Shown one piece after another: positions 47,821 through 56,520 of a DNA stretch of 64,000 bases (the first letter of the stretch is position 1; the number at the start of each line of letters is the position of its first letter). Position numbers and translations under genes: made by a program. Source of the DNA: a virus; the IMG/VR virus record IMGVR_UViG_3300042013_000056, positions 1-64,000 of that record, one strand, 5' to 3'. The notes beneath the pieces were generated by a model that was not told the DNA's origin, did not search any database, and worked only from the letters and a program-made list of their open reading frames with translations.

Positions 47821-47831
47821 TATTTTTAAAA

Positions 47832-48035
47832 TTATGCATTCAACCGGTCGGCATAGCCGCTTGCATAATAATATGCGCCTAGGTTGCTTGGTTGAACACC
47901 AATCGGATTATCCAAATTGAACTTAGCCACACACGCAGCATGGCTCATACCGTTTAGGTCGGCCTGTGCAGCTTCCCAACCTTTCATGTAGTCCGGTTGA
48001 TGTTGGGTGTGGGTAACTGTGCGGGGTGTGTTCAT
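47832..48035 (-). CDS. Hypothetical cassette protein
   Basis: Own promoter. Confidence 0.65.
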   Translation of the reverse strand: MNTPRTVTHTQHQPDYMKGWEAAQADLNGMSHAACVAKFNLDNPIGVQPSNLGAYYYASGYADRLNA

Positions 48036-48076
48036 TTCAAAATTCCTTGTTTCGGTTGGTGTATGAGCATTGTATA

Positions 48077-48101
48077 GGGGTTGTATGTTTGATACAACCC
48101 C
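48077..48101 (-). promoter_or_regulatory. Palindromic promoter; centre TGTTTGA on +
   Basis: GGGGTTGTA-TGTTTGA-TACAACCCC. Confidence 0.85.
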
Positions 48102-48112
48102 CCAATCGAAAA

Positions 48113-48349
48113 TTATTTTACTTTCAATTTCCCGGTCAATCCCATGGATTTTAGGTGGTTGATAATCTGTTCCACTACATTAGATTTCGTTTCACCGTAG
48201 AAAACAACCGGCTCACCAATTAGTTCAGCAACGTTTGTTTTAATTACGATCAAATCGCATTCACCTTCAAACCACACACGACCGGTCTGGATGTCGTTTT
48301 GTTCGAAAACATAAGCAGTAGCAGCCACAGCTAGTTTGGGGAAATTCAT
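48113..48349 (-). CDS. Hypothetical cassette protein
   Basis: Own promoter. Confidence 0.65.
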   Translation of the reverse strand: MNFPKLAVAATAYVFEQNDIQTGRVWFEGECDLIVIKTNVAELIGEPVVFYGETKSNVVEQIINHLKSMGLTGKLKVK

Positions 48350-48389
48350 TTTTGTATCCTCTTTCTGGTTGGTGTGACTGCATTATAAA

Positions 48390-48414
48390 GGGGTTGTAGG
48401 TTTGATACAACCCC
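48390..48414 (-). promoter_or_regulatory. Palindromic promoter; centre GGTTTGA on +
   Basis: Same 25-mer as 44186. Confidence 0.85.
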
Positions 48415-48423
48415 TATTTTGAT

Positions 48424-48732
48424 TTAAATTTTGTCGAAAATTGCGCAGTTCGAGTAATTACCCAATACACGGGTTTTGTACTGTTCACCGTCAATCAACA
48501 CAATTTCACCATGTTGCAATGGGGTTTCAGAGTTCAGGCGGTCACGTTCGGCAACGTCGGCGGCTGTGTATTTGTCTTTCAGAACAGAACCGGTAGACAA
48601 GGCCCAATAGATGCCATCGCCAACTTTGTCATAGTCTTGTTTAAGGTGCGCAGTCATTACTCGACGGCCTGCATTCACGTTAAAGCTGTTGACTTGATCG
48701 AAAGAATCTGTAGCTAGGATCAGGGTTTTCAT
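48424..48732 (-). CDS. Hypothetical cassette protein
   Basis: Own promoter. Confidence 0.7.
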   Translation of the reverse strand: MKTLILATDSFDQVNSFNVNAGRRVMTAHLKQDYDKVGDGIYWALSTGSVLKDKYTAADVAERDRLNSETPLQHGEIVLIDGEQYKTRVLGNYSNCAIFDKI

Positions 48733-48811
48733 TTTTCTATTCCTTGTTTCGGTTGGTGTGTAGAGATTATGGGACTATATCAAACCCCTGTCAACAGGTT
48801 TGATACAAATA

Positions 48812-48916
48812 AATGAAAATAATTTCAGCCAGACATGGCATGGTGTATGCAGTGACAAAAATCATGCCAAGTCAAATCGCAGGCTCCTTCGGTGATTTCC
48901 TCCGAGCCGCCCCGGT
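48812..48916 (-). ncRNA. Candidate ~105-nt small RNA (or 16-aa micropeptide)
   Basis: TTGCAT-17-TATACT promoter (48923-48951), then two hairpins; no long ORF. Confidence 0.35.
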
Positions 48917-49015
48917 AACACCAGTATAATTCTATCAAACCAACAATGCAACCTTTGATACAAATATTTTTAGGCAATAAAAAACCCCAGCGGTCCGGGG
49001 CTTTGTGTGGGGGTA

Positions 49016-49198
49016 TCACACCCCCAAACGATACCGATAGACGTAATAAAGAATTTGACCAGCAAACACAATACAGCATACCAACACAGCCGCAACAAAC
49101 CAGACATTAGCCGTCGTCTGGTTACGGCTGTAACGGTTGATAGCGAACCACAGACAGATTAGCAGTAGAACGCCAACCGTAACACCCAGAGTAATCAT
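49016..49198 (-). CDS. Small membrane protein
   Basis: Two TM segments. Confidence 0.65.
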   Translation of the reverse strand: MITLGVTVGVLLLICLWFAINRYSRNQTTANVWFVAAVLVCCIVFAGQILYYVYRYRLGV

Positions 49199-49257
49199 AT
49201 GGCACCTGTTGATTAGTTAATAACCTATAGAACCATACAATCAATGGTGTGTCAAGG

Positions 49258-49464
49258 TTAAAGTTTATGCAGCTCTGTGCATTCGTATACGTGAACTGTG
49301 CAGCCGTTCGGCAACTGGTAATAGTTCATATTCCAGCGGATTGCATCAAACTCCTTTCCGTCATGTTCCAACAGATACGAGCGTTCATCATTTGAATAAT
49401 GACCATAGCGAAAGCCCGCTGTGGTCACCGTGTTGGATTTCAATTTGATTCGTACACGTTCCAC
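49258..49464 (-). CDS. Hypothetical protein
   Basis: ORF in array. Confidence 0.6.
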   Translation of the reverse strand: MERVRIKLKSNTVTTAGFRYGHYSNDERSYLLEHDGKEFDAIRWNMNYYQLPNGCTVHVYECTELHKL

Positions 49465-49665
49465 AATACACCCTCAAACAAAACTGTAAATGATTGCGAC
49501 AACACCACACACCAGAATAGCCAGAAACATCCATGTAATAACCGCCGCACCGTCGCGGTCCAATTCTTTTTCCACTTGAAATTCGTTCAATTCGTTCATG
49601 TTGTCACCTTCTTGGTATGATTTGATATAGGGTCATTCTACAGGCTTTTGGGCATAATGCAAGGG

Positions 49666-49887
49666 TTAGATTTGGTCCGGGGTCATATGGCATTCATTCA
49701 AATGTTTAGCCATTTCACCGTGTGTATGACCATGGCGGGCCAGCATCCCATCCGCCAACGATACCAAATGAAGATTAGATACCCCGGTGTTTGCCGGGTC
49801 ATACCCGATAATGTATTGTTCAGAGCCATTTTCAGACCATACACGCCGACCGGGTTTGATATCTGTAGCTTCCCATTCAAATTTCAT
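49666..49887 (-). CDS. Hypothetical protein
   Basis: Start set at MKFEW. Confidence 0.6.
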   Translation of the reverse strand: MKFEWEATDIKPGRRVWSENGSEQYIIGYDPANTGVSNLHLVSLADGMLARHGHTHGEMAKHLNECHMTPDQI

Positions 49888-50116
49888 TTTGAGCCTCGAC
49901 AGGTTTGATAGAGTTGATTGGTTTGATTGGGTTGCCCCAGTCGTCGTGCGTTTCACTGCCCCGATATGGGCTAGCCTTGATTGTGATAACCCGGCGAATT
50001 ACAACACCAGTACCACAACACAGGGCCACTACTGTTAAATGCCGGTCGGATTGTTCCACGTTCCATTCGGCGGCGGTATTCAACCGCAACTCACCTTTAC
50101 AGTTTGGACATTCCAT
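49877..50116 (-). CDS. Zinc-finger hypothetical protein
   Basis: CPNC...CCG. Confidence 0.6.
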   Translation of the reverse strand: MECPNCKGELRLNTAAEWNVEQSDRHLTVVALCCGTGVVIRRVITIKASPYRGSETHDDWGNPIKPINSIKPVEAQNEI

Positions 50117-50508
50117 TATTCATTACCCCAGACAGAACGCAAGCAACTAGCCAGCGACGGGAACTTATCACCGTCAAACTTTCCCTTTGTACCCTTGGGA
50201 CGGTAAAAGAATTGATTGTCAATCTGTTTCAGAACGTGGCCGATGGTCTTACCATCCAGCGTAATTGGCTCAACTACCACAAGCTTTGCATATGCCTTGA
50301 TATCAGCTTTCAGCTTACCCATGGTTGGGGCTTTCTTGCGGTCCCCATTGAACGCTACAGCCTGATATTCACGACGGGCGCGCAGGTATTGCACCTTGAA
50401 CACAACACCGCCACAAACGACTTCCACGACGTTCAGGCCGGTGCTAATGATACCCACAGTCAGTTCTGATAGTTCGAGTGGAGTATCCTGCTTTTCGTAA
50501 ATGATCAT
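50116..50508 (-). CDS. Hypothetical protein
   Basis: FFYRPKG...FPSLASCLRS. Confidence 0.65.
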   Translation of the reverse strand: MIIYEKQDTPLELSELTVGIISTGLNVVEVVCGGVVFKVQYLRARREYQAVAFNGDRKKAPTMGKLKADIKAYAKLVVVEPITLDGKTIGHVLKQIDNQFFYRPKGTKGKFDGDKFPSLASCLRSVWGNE

Positions 50509-50950
50509 TACACAGCCCCTGTATAGGTTGTTAGTTCAGATTCGCGGAATGTACCAGCATCACGGCCAGAATTTCCAAAGGTGCAAGAATAGAATCCAAA
50601 GTCATTAACGCTTTTGATGGTCATCCAAAAAACGCCACCCTTGGCTTGAACCGGGTCACCTTTGGAAAATTTGTTCGCTATCATGATTCAGTTCCTTGTT
50701 TCGGTTGGTGTATGGTCATTCTAGCACGCACACACCAACCGTCAAGGGGTTTGATAGAATTATTTTAGGTGGCGCTCCCAAATGTGAATAATGATACAGC
50801 CGTCCCGCATCTGCATCTTGTACCCGGCCCATTTATCCGACATGAAATTACCGGAAAAATCGTACACAACACCAACCCATTTAGACAGTCTCGCTAAATT
50901 CTTTTGTGCCTTACCAGCCGGGAGCGTGATGGTTCGCATGGTGTCACCTG

Positions 50951-51214
50951 TTAGGCTTGAACGCCAAAGTCATAGAACAGTTGATAATCGTTCTTTTCAA
51001 CCGCTGCAATTGCTTCAAGAATATACGACTGCATTTGCGTATGATCTTCTTCGCATGTCACCGCTTTAGCCCGAACGCGTGCTACAGCCTTTTCGTCTTT
51101 GGTGTCAGCGGTTGCCAGTTGAAACGACATCATATGATGTTTAACACCTTGACTGTTGATATACGAGATATCTACAAACGCCTTGATAAAGCCGGGGGTA
51201 TGGATCATTGGCAT
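50951..51214 (-). CDS. Hypothetical protein
   Basis: AGGAG SD. Confidence 0.6.
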   Translation of the reverse strand: MPMIHTPGFIKAFVDISYINSQGVKHHMMSFQLATADTKDEKAVARVRAKAVTCEEDHTQMQSYILEAIAAVEKNDYQLFYDFGVQA

Positions 51215-51226
51215 AGCGGTAACTCC

Positions 51227-51469
51227 TTATAGATAGTCATTGATGTAGCGGGCAAGCTCAGCCAATATAACGGTTTTTTCAGTGTTGTAGCACTGCATAA
51301 AGTCATTGGCAGAAAAAACGTATACAGCATGATTCAGTGGGTCTGATGGGATTTTGTACACATCCAACCGGATTTTCCGCCCACTTGGCGCAATCATTAC
51401 AGATTCTATAACCTTTTCAGCTTCGCGACCTTCAAGGCATGCGATCTTTTTGATTTCACCGATAGCCAT
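51227..51469 (-). CDS. Hypothetical protein
   Basis: After promoterless hairpin linker. Confidence 0.65.
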   Translation of the reverse strand: MAIGEIKKIACLEGREAEKVIESVMIAPSGRKIRLDVYKIPSDPLNHAVYVFSANDFMQCYNTEKTVILAELARYINDYL

Positions 51470-51535
51470 GATGTTAATTCCTTTTCGGTTGGTTTCTACT
51501 GACTCAGCCCCATTTAAGGGGCTTTGTCGTTTGGG

Positions 51536-51811
51536 TTATTCCGGGTTGCGGAATCCGTCCGAGTTTTCAGCTTCCAGTTCGGCAAGCGTTTTCAGCTTCG
51601 GTGCCGGGGCGTTGAAATCAATTTTCGTACCACCACAGCGATAATGGGTTACGGTCACTTCAAACCCGCCAGCATCGGGGAACCGTTCTTTAATGATGTT
51701 GAACAGGGCTTGTGCCTCATGTTCGCTAACCGCCGAGCGTGCATCTGTAGCGAACAAGTGACGGCCTTTATAGCTAACGTTGATTTCGTAATGCGATTGG
51801 ATGCCAGCCAT
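51536..51811 (-). CDS. Conserved hypothetical cassette protein
   Basis: YEINVS..GRH.FAT...FP...GF.VTVT. Confidence 0.75.
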   Translation of the reverse strand: MAGIQSHYEINVSYKGRHLFATDARSAVSEHEAQALFNIIKERFPDAGGFEVTVTHYRCGGTKIDFNAPAPKLKTLAELEAENSDGFRNPE

Positions 51812-51853
51812 GATATCGATTCCTTATTTCAGTTGGTGTAGGGATATTGTAGC

Positions 51854-51878
51854 GGGGTTGTATGTTTGATACAACCCC
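51854..51878 (-). promoter_or_regulatory. Palindromic promoter; centre TGTTTGA on +
   Basis: GGGGTTGTA-TGTTTGA-TACAACCCC. Confidence 0.85.
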
Positions 51879-51888
51879 TTTGATGAAA

Positions 51889-52143
51889 TTAATTTGGGAA
51901 CATGTAATAGCATGTATCTATGTAATATTCAATCCCATTCGTATCATCATGCACAAGGAAAACTTTGTTGGTGACTAGGCCGTGTTTGATTGCTTCTTGC
52001 TGGCATTCAGTCACCAGCGAATCAACGTAGTGTGTTGCAACCGAATCAGAGCATTCATTGACGGCGCGAATTAGGGTTATTGCATCTTGACGGCAAAGCG
52101 AGTTAACAGCGAATTTGCGGTCGGGGCTGGTCCAGTTCGACAT
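51889..52143 (-). CDS. Hypothetical cassette protein
   Basis: Own promoter. Confidence 0.65.
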   Translation of the reverse strand: MSNWTSPDRKFAVNSLCRQDAITLIRAVNECSDSVATHYVDSLVTECQQEAIKHGLVTNKVFLVHDDTNGIEYYIDTCYYMFPN

Positions 52144-52227
52144 TTTGAAATTCCTTGTTTGCGTGTTTCGGTTGGTGTGATTGAATGATAAAACCCCCTG
52201 ACAACCATGTCAAGGGGTTTGATAAAA

Positions 52228-52560
52228 TTATTCGTATCTGTCGTGGATTTTTGCCGCACCGTGCCACGATTCACAACCTGTCATTTTCCGCATCGCATCA
52301 GAGAACCGCGAATCACTGGTTGCCCCGAAGTTCCCGCCGAACATGTGCCAATTCTTGGACGTTGCCGGGTCTTCACACACGATATAGACCACGCCTTTAA
52401 CGGTTGGGTGATTGACCAGCCATGCCGCTGGGGCGTCCTCAGAAGGCTCTAGCGGGCCTTCAACGTTAACCAGCGTTAGACGGCTATACCGTGAAGATAC
52501 ACCGCCGTTAGTGCAATCGTAACCATCAGCGGAACGGTATACAGAGATTAGCAAGCCCAT
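52228..52560 (-). CDS. Conserved hypothetical protein
   Basis: DCTNGGVSS...MFGGNF..TSDSRF...IHDRYE. Confidence 0.8.
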   Translation of the reverse strand: MGLLISVYRSADGYDCTNGGVSSRYSRLTLVNVEGPLEPSEDAPAAWLVNHPTVKGVVYIVCEDPATSKNWHMFGGNFGATSDSRFSDAMRKMTGCESWHGAAKIHDRYE

Positions 52561-52624
52561 GATGTTAATTCCTTTTCGGTTGGTTGGTGTTTCTACTGAC
52601 TCAGCCCCATTTAAGGGGCTTTGT

Positions 52625-52894
52625 TTAATTCTTACTCAATTTATGCGTGCCTATCTGCACCTTGCCATCTTCAAGGATTTTTACGTCCTTGAGATAATCC
52701 CCGTCGATCTTGACCCATTCATTACCAGCACCGAAACTCATTTGCTTTTCAAGCCGTACCGATATGGGTTGAAATTTAATGCGGTAGACGGTCCCACTAG
52801 GCGCAACCACTTGCATATGCCCCCAGCGATCCGTAGCCCAGCCCAAACCCTCTAAGGCTAATTGCACCACTTCCAAATGAGATTTCTTTTTCAT
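52625..52894 (-). CDS. Hypothetical cassette protein
   Basis: GW..DRWGH.Q...YR.K.Q..SVR.EK. Confidence 0.7.
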   Translation of the reverse strand: MKKKSHLEVVQLALEGLGWATDRWGHMQVVAPSGTVYRIKFQPISVRLEKQMSFGAGNEWVKIDGDYLKDVKILEDGKVQIGTHKLSKN

Positions 52895-52934
52895 GGTTGT
52901 CTACCTGTTTCGGTTGGTGTATGAGCATTGTATA

Positions 52935-52959
52935 GGGGTTGTATCAAACCTACAACCCC
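52935..52959 (-). promoter_or_regulatory. Palindromic promoter; centre inverted (TCAAACC on +)
   Basis: Same 25-mer as 47470. Confidence 0.85.
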
Positions 52960-52968
52960 TATTTCGAT

Positions 52969-53292
52969 TTATTTTTGCTTGCGGTGTGCGTGTGCGACCT
53001 CATTAAAGAACCGCTTAGGGACTTTCTTATATTCTCGCCCATCAGCATCACAGAACCATTCCGGCAGTGTGCCGTTTTCACCGTCGCTCATGTATGCCCA
53101 TGCTCGGCGGTCGTCGTCATCGCGTACCAGAACGATATCCCACCGGCTGCCCTCGGTTGGTTCAGTCTTGGACATTGCCAACGCTTCTTTATACGTCCGT
53201 GAGTGCCAATGCTCTATAACATCATCTTTCGCGAATTCCGGTTGATCGATATCCGATACTTCTTCACAGTCCCACTCATATGCAACAGCCAT
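52969..53292 (-). CDS. Hypothetical protein
   Basis: ORF in array. Confidence 0.7.
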   Translation of the reverse strand: MAVAYEWDCEEVSDIDQPEFAKDDVIEHWHSRTYKEALAMSKTEPTEGSRWDIVLVRDDDDRRAWAYMSDGENGTLPEWFCDADGREYKKVPKRFFNEVAHAHRKQK

Positions 53293-53295
53293 GAT

Positions 53296-53679
53296 TTAAA
53301 CCCCTTTGATTGCTTGGATTTTGCCATCGGCAAAGTAAACCACGATATTGGACAACAGTTCGCCAATATCATCTTTTGTATTTGGTTCACGTACATAAAA
53401 ATCAATGATAGCCCGCCCATCGTCTGAGAGTTCCACACCTTTAGTGAATTCAGACCATTCAACCGGTGACCACAAATCGGTATCAGACCAGTCGTCAAGG
53501 TCTGCCAACCGAGTGACGCGGGCAATGTTGATATTGTTTTCCACACCTTGAACTTTGATGTTGACACGCTCGCCAACTTCGACTGTTACACGTTTTAGGC
53601 CAACTTCTTTGCGAGCCGCTTCACGTATTTGCTGGCATTCTTTGGTGCTAGGCTTCCAAACATTACCGATGATCGACAT
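53296..53679 (-). CDS. Hypothetical cassette protein
   Basis: Own promoter. Confidence 0.7.
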   Translation of the reverse strand: MSIIGNVWKPSTKECQQIREAARKEVGLKRVTVEVGERVNIKVQGVENNINIARVTRLADLDDWSDTDLWSPVEWSEFTKGVELSDDGRAIIDFYVREPNTKDDIGELLSNIVVYFADGKIQAIKGV

Positions 53680-53723
53680 TTCAAAATTCCTTGTTTCGGT
53701 TGGTGTGATAGCAGTATAGCAAA

Positions 53724-53745
53724 GGGGTTGGTTTGATACAACCCC
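53724..53745 (-). promoter_or_regulatory. Palindromic promoter variant with 3-nt deletion
   Basis: GGGGTTG-GTTTGA-TACAACCCC; TTGTAT-17-TATACT retained. Confidence 0.75.
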
Positions 53746-53757
53746 TATTTGATTAAA

Positions 53758-53976
53758 TTATTCAGCCAGAAACTTAGCATATGCGGCTTCACGTTTCGCC
53801 GTGCATATGTCGCGGGAATCGGTCAATTGAACTTTTTCAGCACAACCAGCGGAATAGCCAGCCTGAAACGCTTTAAAGCCATTCGGTTGGGCTTCTGGAT
53901 TGAATGGGTTTTCTTTATAGAACCCAAGCGAGCCAGCCCTATAAGCGTATTCAAAGATTTCCTTTTTGCTAGCCAT
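53758..53976 (-). CDS. Hypothetical cassette protein
   Basis: Own promoter. Confidence 0.65.
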   Translation of the reverse strand: MASKKEIFEYAYRAGSLGFYKENPFNPEAQPNGFKAFQAGYSAGCAEKVQLTDSRDICTAKREAAYAKFLAE

Positions 53977-54017
53977 TTCGTGAACCCCTGATTTGGTTGG
54001 TGTAGGGATATTGTAGC

Positions 54018-54042
54018 GGGGTTGTAGGTTTGATACAACCCC
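54018..54042 (-). promoter_or_regulatory. Palindromic promoter; centre GGTTTGA on +
   Basis: Same 25-mer as 44186. Confidence 0.85.
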
Positions 54043-54050
54043 TATTTGAT

Positions 54051-54270
54051 TTAAATTTTGTGTGGTGCGAACGTGATACCTTGGGCCTGACCTTCAAATC
54101 CCCGGCAAACCGCTTGGGCCTTGATTGCAGCAGCTTCAGCCAGTTCCAAAGTATCGAACTGCATAGCCAGCTTGACAGAGCCCATGCAAGCGGTTCCCCA
54201 AGTCGGGCACCATGCGTGCAAGTAATCAGAACCAAACTTGCCATACGTGCGTTTTATTACATAAGCCATG
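54051..54270 (-). CDS. Hypothetical cassette protein (start approximate)
   Basis: MAYVIKR after AAAGGA SD. Confidence 0.6.
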
Positions 54271-54307
54271 ATCAAATCCTTTTCCGTTGGTGTATGAGCA
54301 TTGTATA

Positions 54308-54332
54308 GGGGTTGTAGGTTTGATACAACCCC
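54308..54332 (-). promoter_or_regulatory. Palindromic promoter; centre GGTTTGA on +
   Basis: Same 25-mer as 44186. Confidence 0.85.
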
Positions 54333-54341
54333 TATTTTCAA

Positions 54342-54815
54342 TTATTTGTGTTTGGTCATGGCTTCGGTAAGGTCTGCAATCAGCTTGCGTTGTTGGCCAA
54401 TTTCCCATTCGATTTGGTCAACCACGTACACCGCTACGCCTTGTTCTTTGTTACCGTTGGTGACTTTGCGACCCATTGCCTTGGCTCTATGCAAATCATT
54501 GTAACGGGTGGCGTTTTCGATATTACCAATAACCGCTGTATCGGCCACGTTGTCAAACACAATCGGCATACGACCCGAACCGGTGACAATGATGTAACCT
54601 TTAGGGGCTGTTGCGTTGAACGCTTCCAGTCTAGCTATGTAAGCCTCAGAGTCAGTGATAGCGGTTTTAATGAATTGCAGGGCTTCTGGTTTGATTTGCA
54701 TGGTCTTGGCCTTCTGGTTGATGTGCTTGAGGCACAGGGCGAACGTGGCTGCATAGTTGTCACCGGCTTGAATGATTTCTTTCGTCATCTTGTGGGCTTG
54801 GGCAAATGCGTTCAT
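54342..54815 (-). CDS. Hypothetical cassette protein
   Basis: MN.F..AH..T...GD.Y.ATF..CL N-terminus. Confidence 0.75.
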   Translation of the reverse strand: MNAFAQAHKMTKEIIQAGDNYAATFALCLKHINQKAKTMQIKPEALQFIKTAITDSEAYIARLEAFNATAPKGYIIVTGSGRMPIVFDNVADTAVIGNIENATRYNDLHRAKAMGRKVTNGNKEQGVAVYVVDQIEWEIGQQRKLIADLTEAMTKHK

Positions 54816-55039
54816 GTTCGTGTTCCCTGTTTCGGTTGGTGTGTAGAGATTATGGGACTATATCAAACCCCTGTCAACAGGTTTGATACAAATATTTTAA
54901 ATTATTTTCATAGGCAATTGCCATGCCAACACTGATTTGCGGTCGTCAATCCATTTTCTCATATTTTTCGTGGTGCTGTCAACTACAACAAACAAAATAA
55001 AACCCGGCTGATTAGACCGGGTTTGGCATGGTGTTTGAT

Positions 55040-55264
55040 TCAATAGGCAGTGTGGGTTTTCAGTCGTACAAAATGTTTGCCGTTTGGCAGGTCAATAACA
55101 ACTTCGACGCCACCAACGCACAATTGATAGTCACCGTTGATTGTCAGCCAATGCAACGTGCCTTCAAAGTGGCTATCAGTGATAGTCCCGAGGGTTTCGG
55201 TGTCATTGTTAATCATGGCTTTCAGATTCAACAACGCATGATGATTGTAAGAAGTATTAGACAT
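55040..55264 (-). CDS. Hypothetical protein
   Basis: Coupled ORF. Confidence 0.6.
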   Translation of the reverse strand: MSNTSYNHHALLNLKAMINNDTETLGTITDSHFEGTLHWLTINGDYQLCVGGVEVVIDLPNGKHFVRLKTHTAY

Positions 55265-55650
55265 TACCCACGCCCCCAGATTTCATTATCAGCAATCCCG
55301 AACGCTTGCATAACATCAGCCATCGATGCATCAGGCATGCCCGCCAGTTCCAGAACCGTCGCTCGGATCATATCCCGGCTTTCAGTCATTAACGCGATGT
55401 CTTTATCAGACAGTTTGATATAGCCAATCATGCCCAGCTTTGTATGTGCTTTGATCAGGTCAACCAAACGCGGCTTGAGTTCGTCAGCGGTTTGACGGAT
55501 ATCAACCCGGCTAAACATATGGGATTTGTGGTTAGCCAGTTCATGAGCGGCTTGATCCATATTATCGAACGGTTCGGAAATGAACTTGAGTTCTTCGATG
55601 ATTTCCGAATCGGTTTGGGTAAAGCTACCAGCTATTACGGTGAAAGACAT
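55264..55650 (-). CDS. Hypothetical cassette protein
   Basis: Own promoter. Confidence 0.7.
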   Translation of the reverse strand: MSFTVIAGSFTQTDSEIIEELKFISEPFDNMDQAAHELANHKSHMFSRVDIRQTADELKPRLVDLIKAHTKLGMIGYIKLSDKDIALMTESRDMIRATVLELAGMPDASMADVMQAFGIADNEIWGRG

Positions 55651-55725
55651 GGTGTAACTCCTGTTTGCGTTTGTGTGATTGAATGATACAACCCCCTGAC
55701 AACATCGTCAAGGAGTTTGATAGAA

Positions 55726-55998
55726 CTATTTCATCCAGTTGTTCATGGTACGAATTGAGATACCACGCGGGCGACTCTGATACTTAAACGAGTATTCCAG
55801 CCATTCCCACGCCTTACCAGCACGAACCATGCCCATTAGGCGTTCAAGCTTACCGATACGGCGGAACACCTTGAGGCTAACAAACTGTGGGCTTTCCCAC
55901 TGATAGCCATCCTCAGAACCCACACGAACAAACCCATGGATAGACAATAGGTGGTCGCGTTCGGCTTCAAGTGCTTTGTAATATGCGGTTTTGGTCAT
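55726..55998 (-). CDS. Hypothetical cassette protein
   Basis: Own promoter. Confidence 0.65.
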   Translation of the reverse strand: MTKTAYYKALEAERDHLLSIHGFVRVGSEDGYQWESPQFVSLKVFRRIGKLERLMGMVRAGKAWEWLEYSFKYQSRPRGISIRTMNNWMK

Positions 55999-56067
55999 GT
56001 CGATAACTCCCGGTTGGTGATTGAATGATAAAACCCCTTAACCGAGTAGTCAAGGGGTTTGATAGAA

Positions 56068-56445
56068 TTATTCTGCTTTGCGTTCGATATCCCGGAAATA
56101 CCCTTGGGCATCCATCACAGCATATTGATCGCTACCATACCTAGGATCAGTTTCCAGCCACATAGCCGGGTCAAGCTTCCCACCGGCCTTGATATGAGCT
56201 GTAACGCGGTCACAGAGTATCTGAATGGCTTCCTGCGCTTGTTCACGTTCATCAGGAAAGAAAACCATCCCGTCACAATCTTCGCCACCGTCTACGGCTT
56301 TAGTAGAATCGAACTTGACCGAATGCACCCAGCGTTGACCGTTCGGGGCTTCAACCATCACATAGAAGCGTTCGCCTATGTAATCTTCGCCGTCCTCAGT
56401 CACGCCAGCCTTGAAAGCATCCGATCCGATAAAAGCTTCTAACAT
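56068..56445 (-). CDS. Hypothetical cassette protein
   Basis: Own promoter. Confidence 0.7.
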   Translation of the reverse strand: MLEAFIGSDAFKAGVTEDGEDYIGERFYVMVEAPNGQRWVHSVKFDSTKAVDGGEDCDGMVFFPDEREQAQEAIQILCDRVTAHIKAGGKLDPAMWLETDPRYGSDQYAVMDAQGYFRDIERKAE

Positions 56446-56520
56446 GGTAAATCCTCCGATTGGTTGAATGCTAGATTAGCACAGCACCAATCGAAGTCAA
56501 GAGGTTTGATACAAATATTT

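Noticed and set aside
40320-48811. Integron attC sites (ATCAAAC...GTTTGAT resembles the AAC...GTT core order)
   Set aside because: Poor match to RYYYAAC/GTTRRRY, no integron integrase in the window, and sigma70 promoter geometry explains the elements; kept only as an analogy
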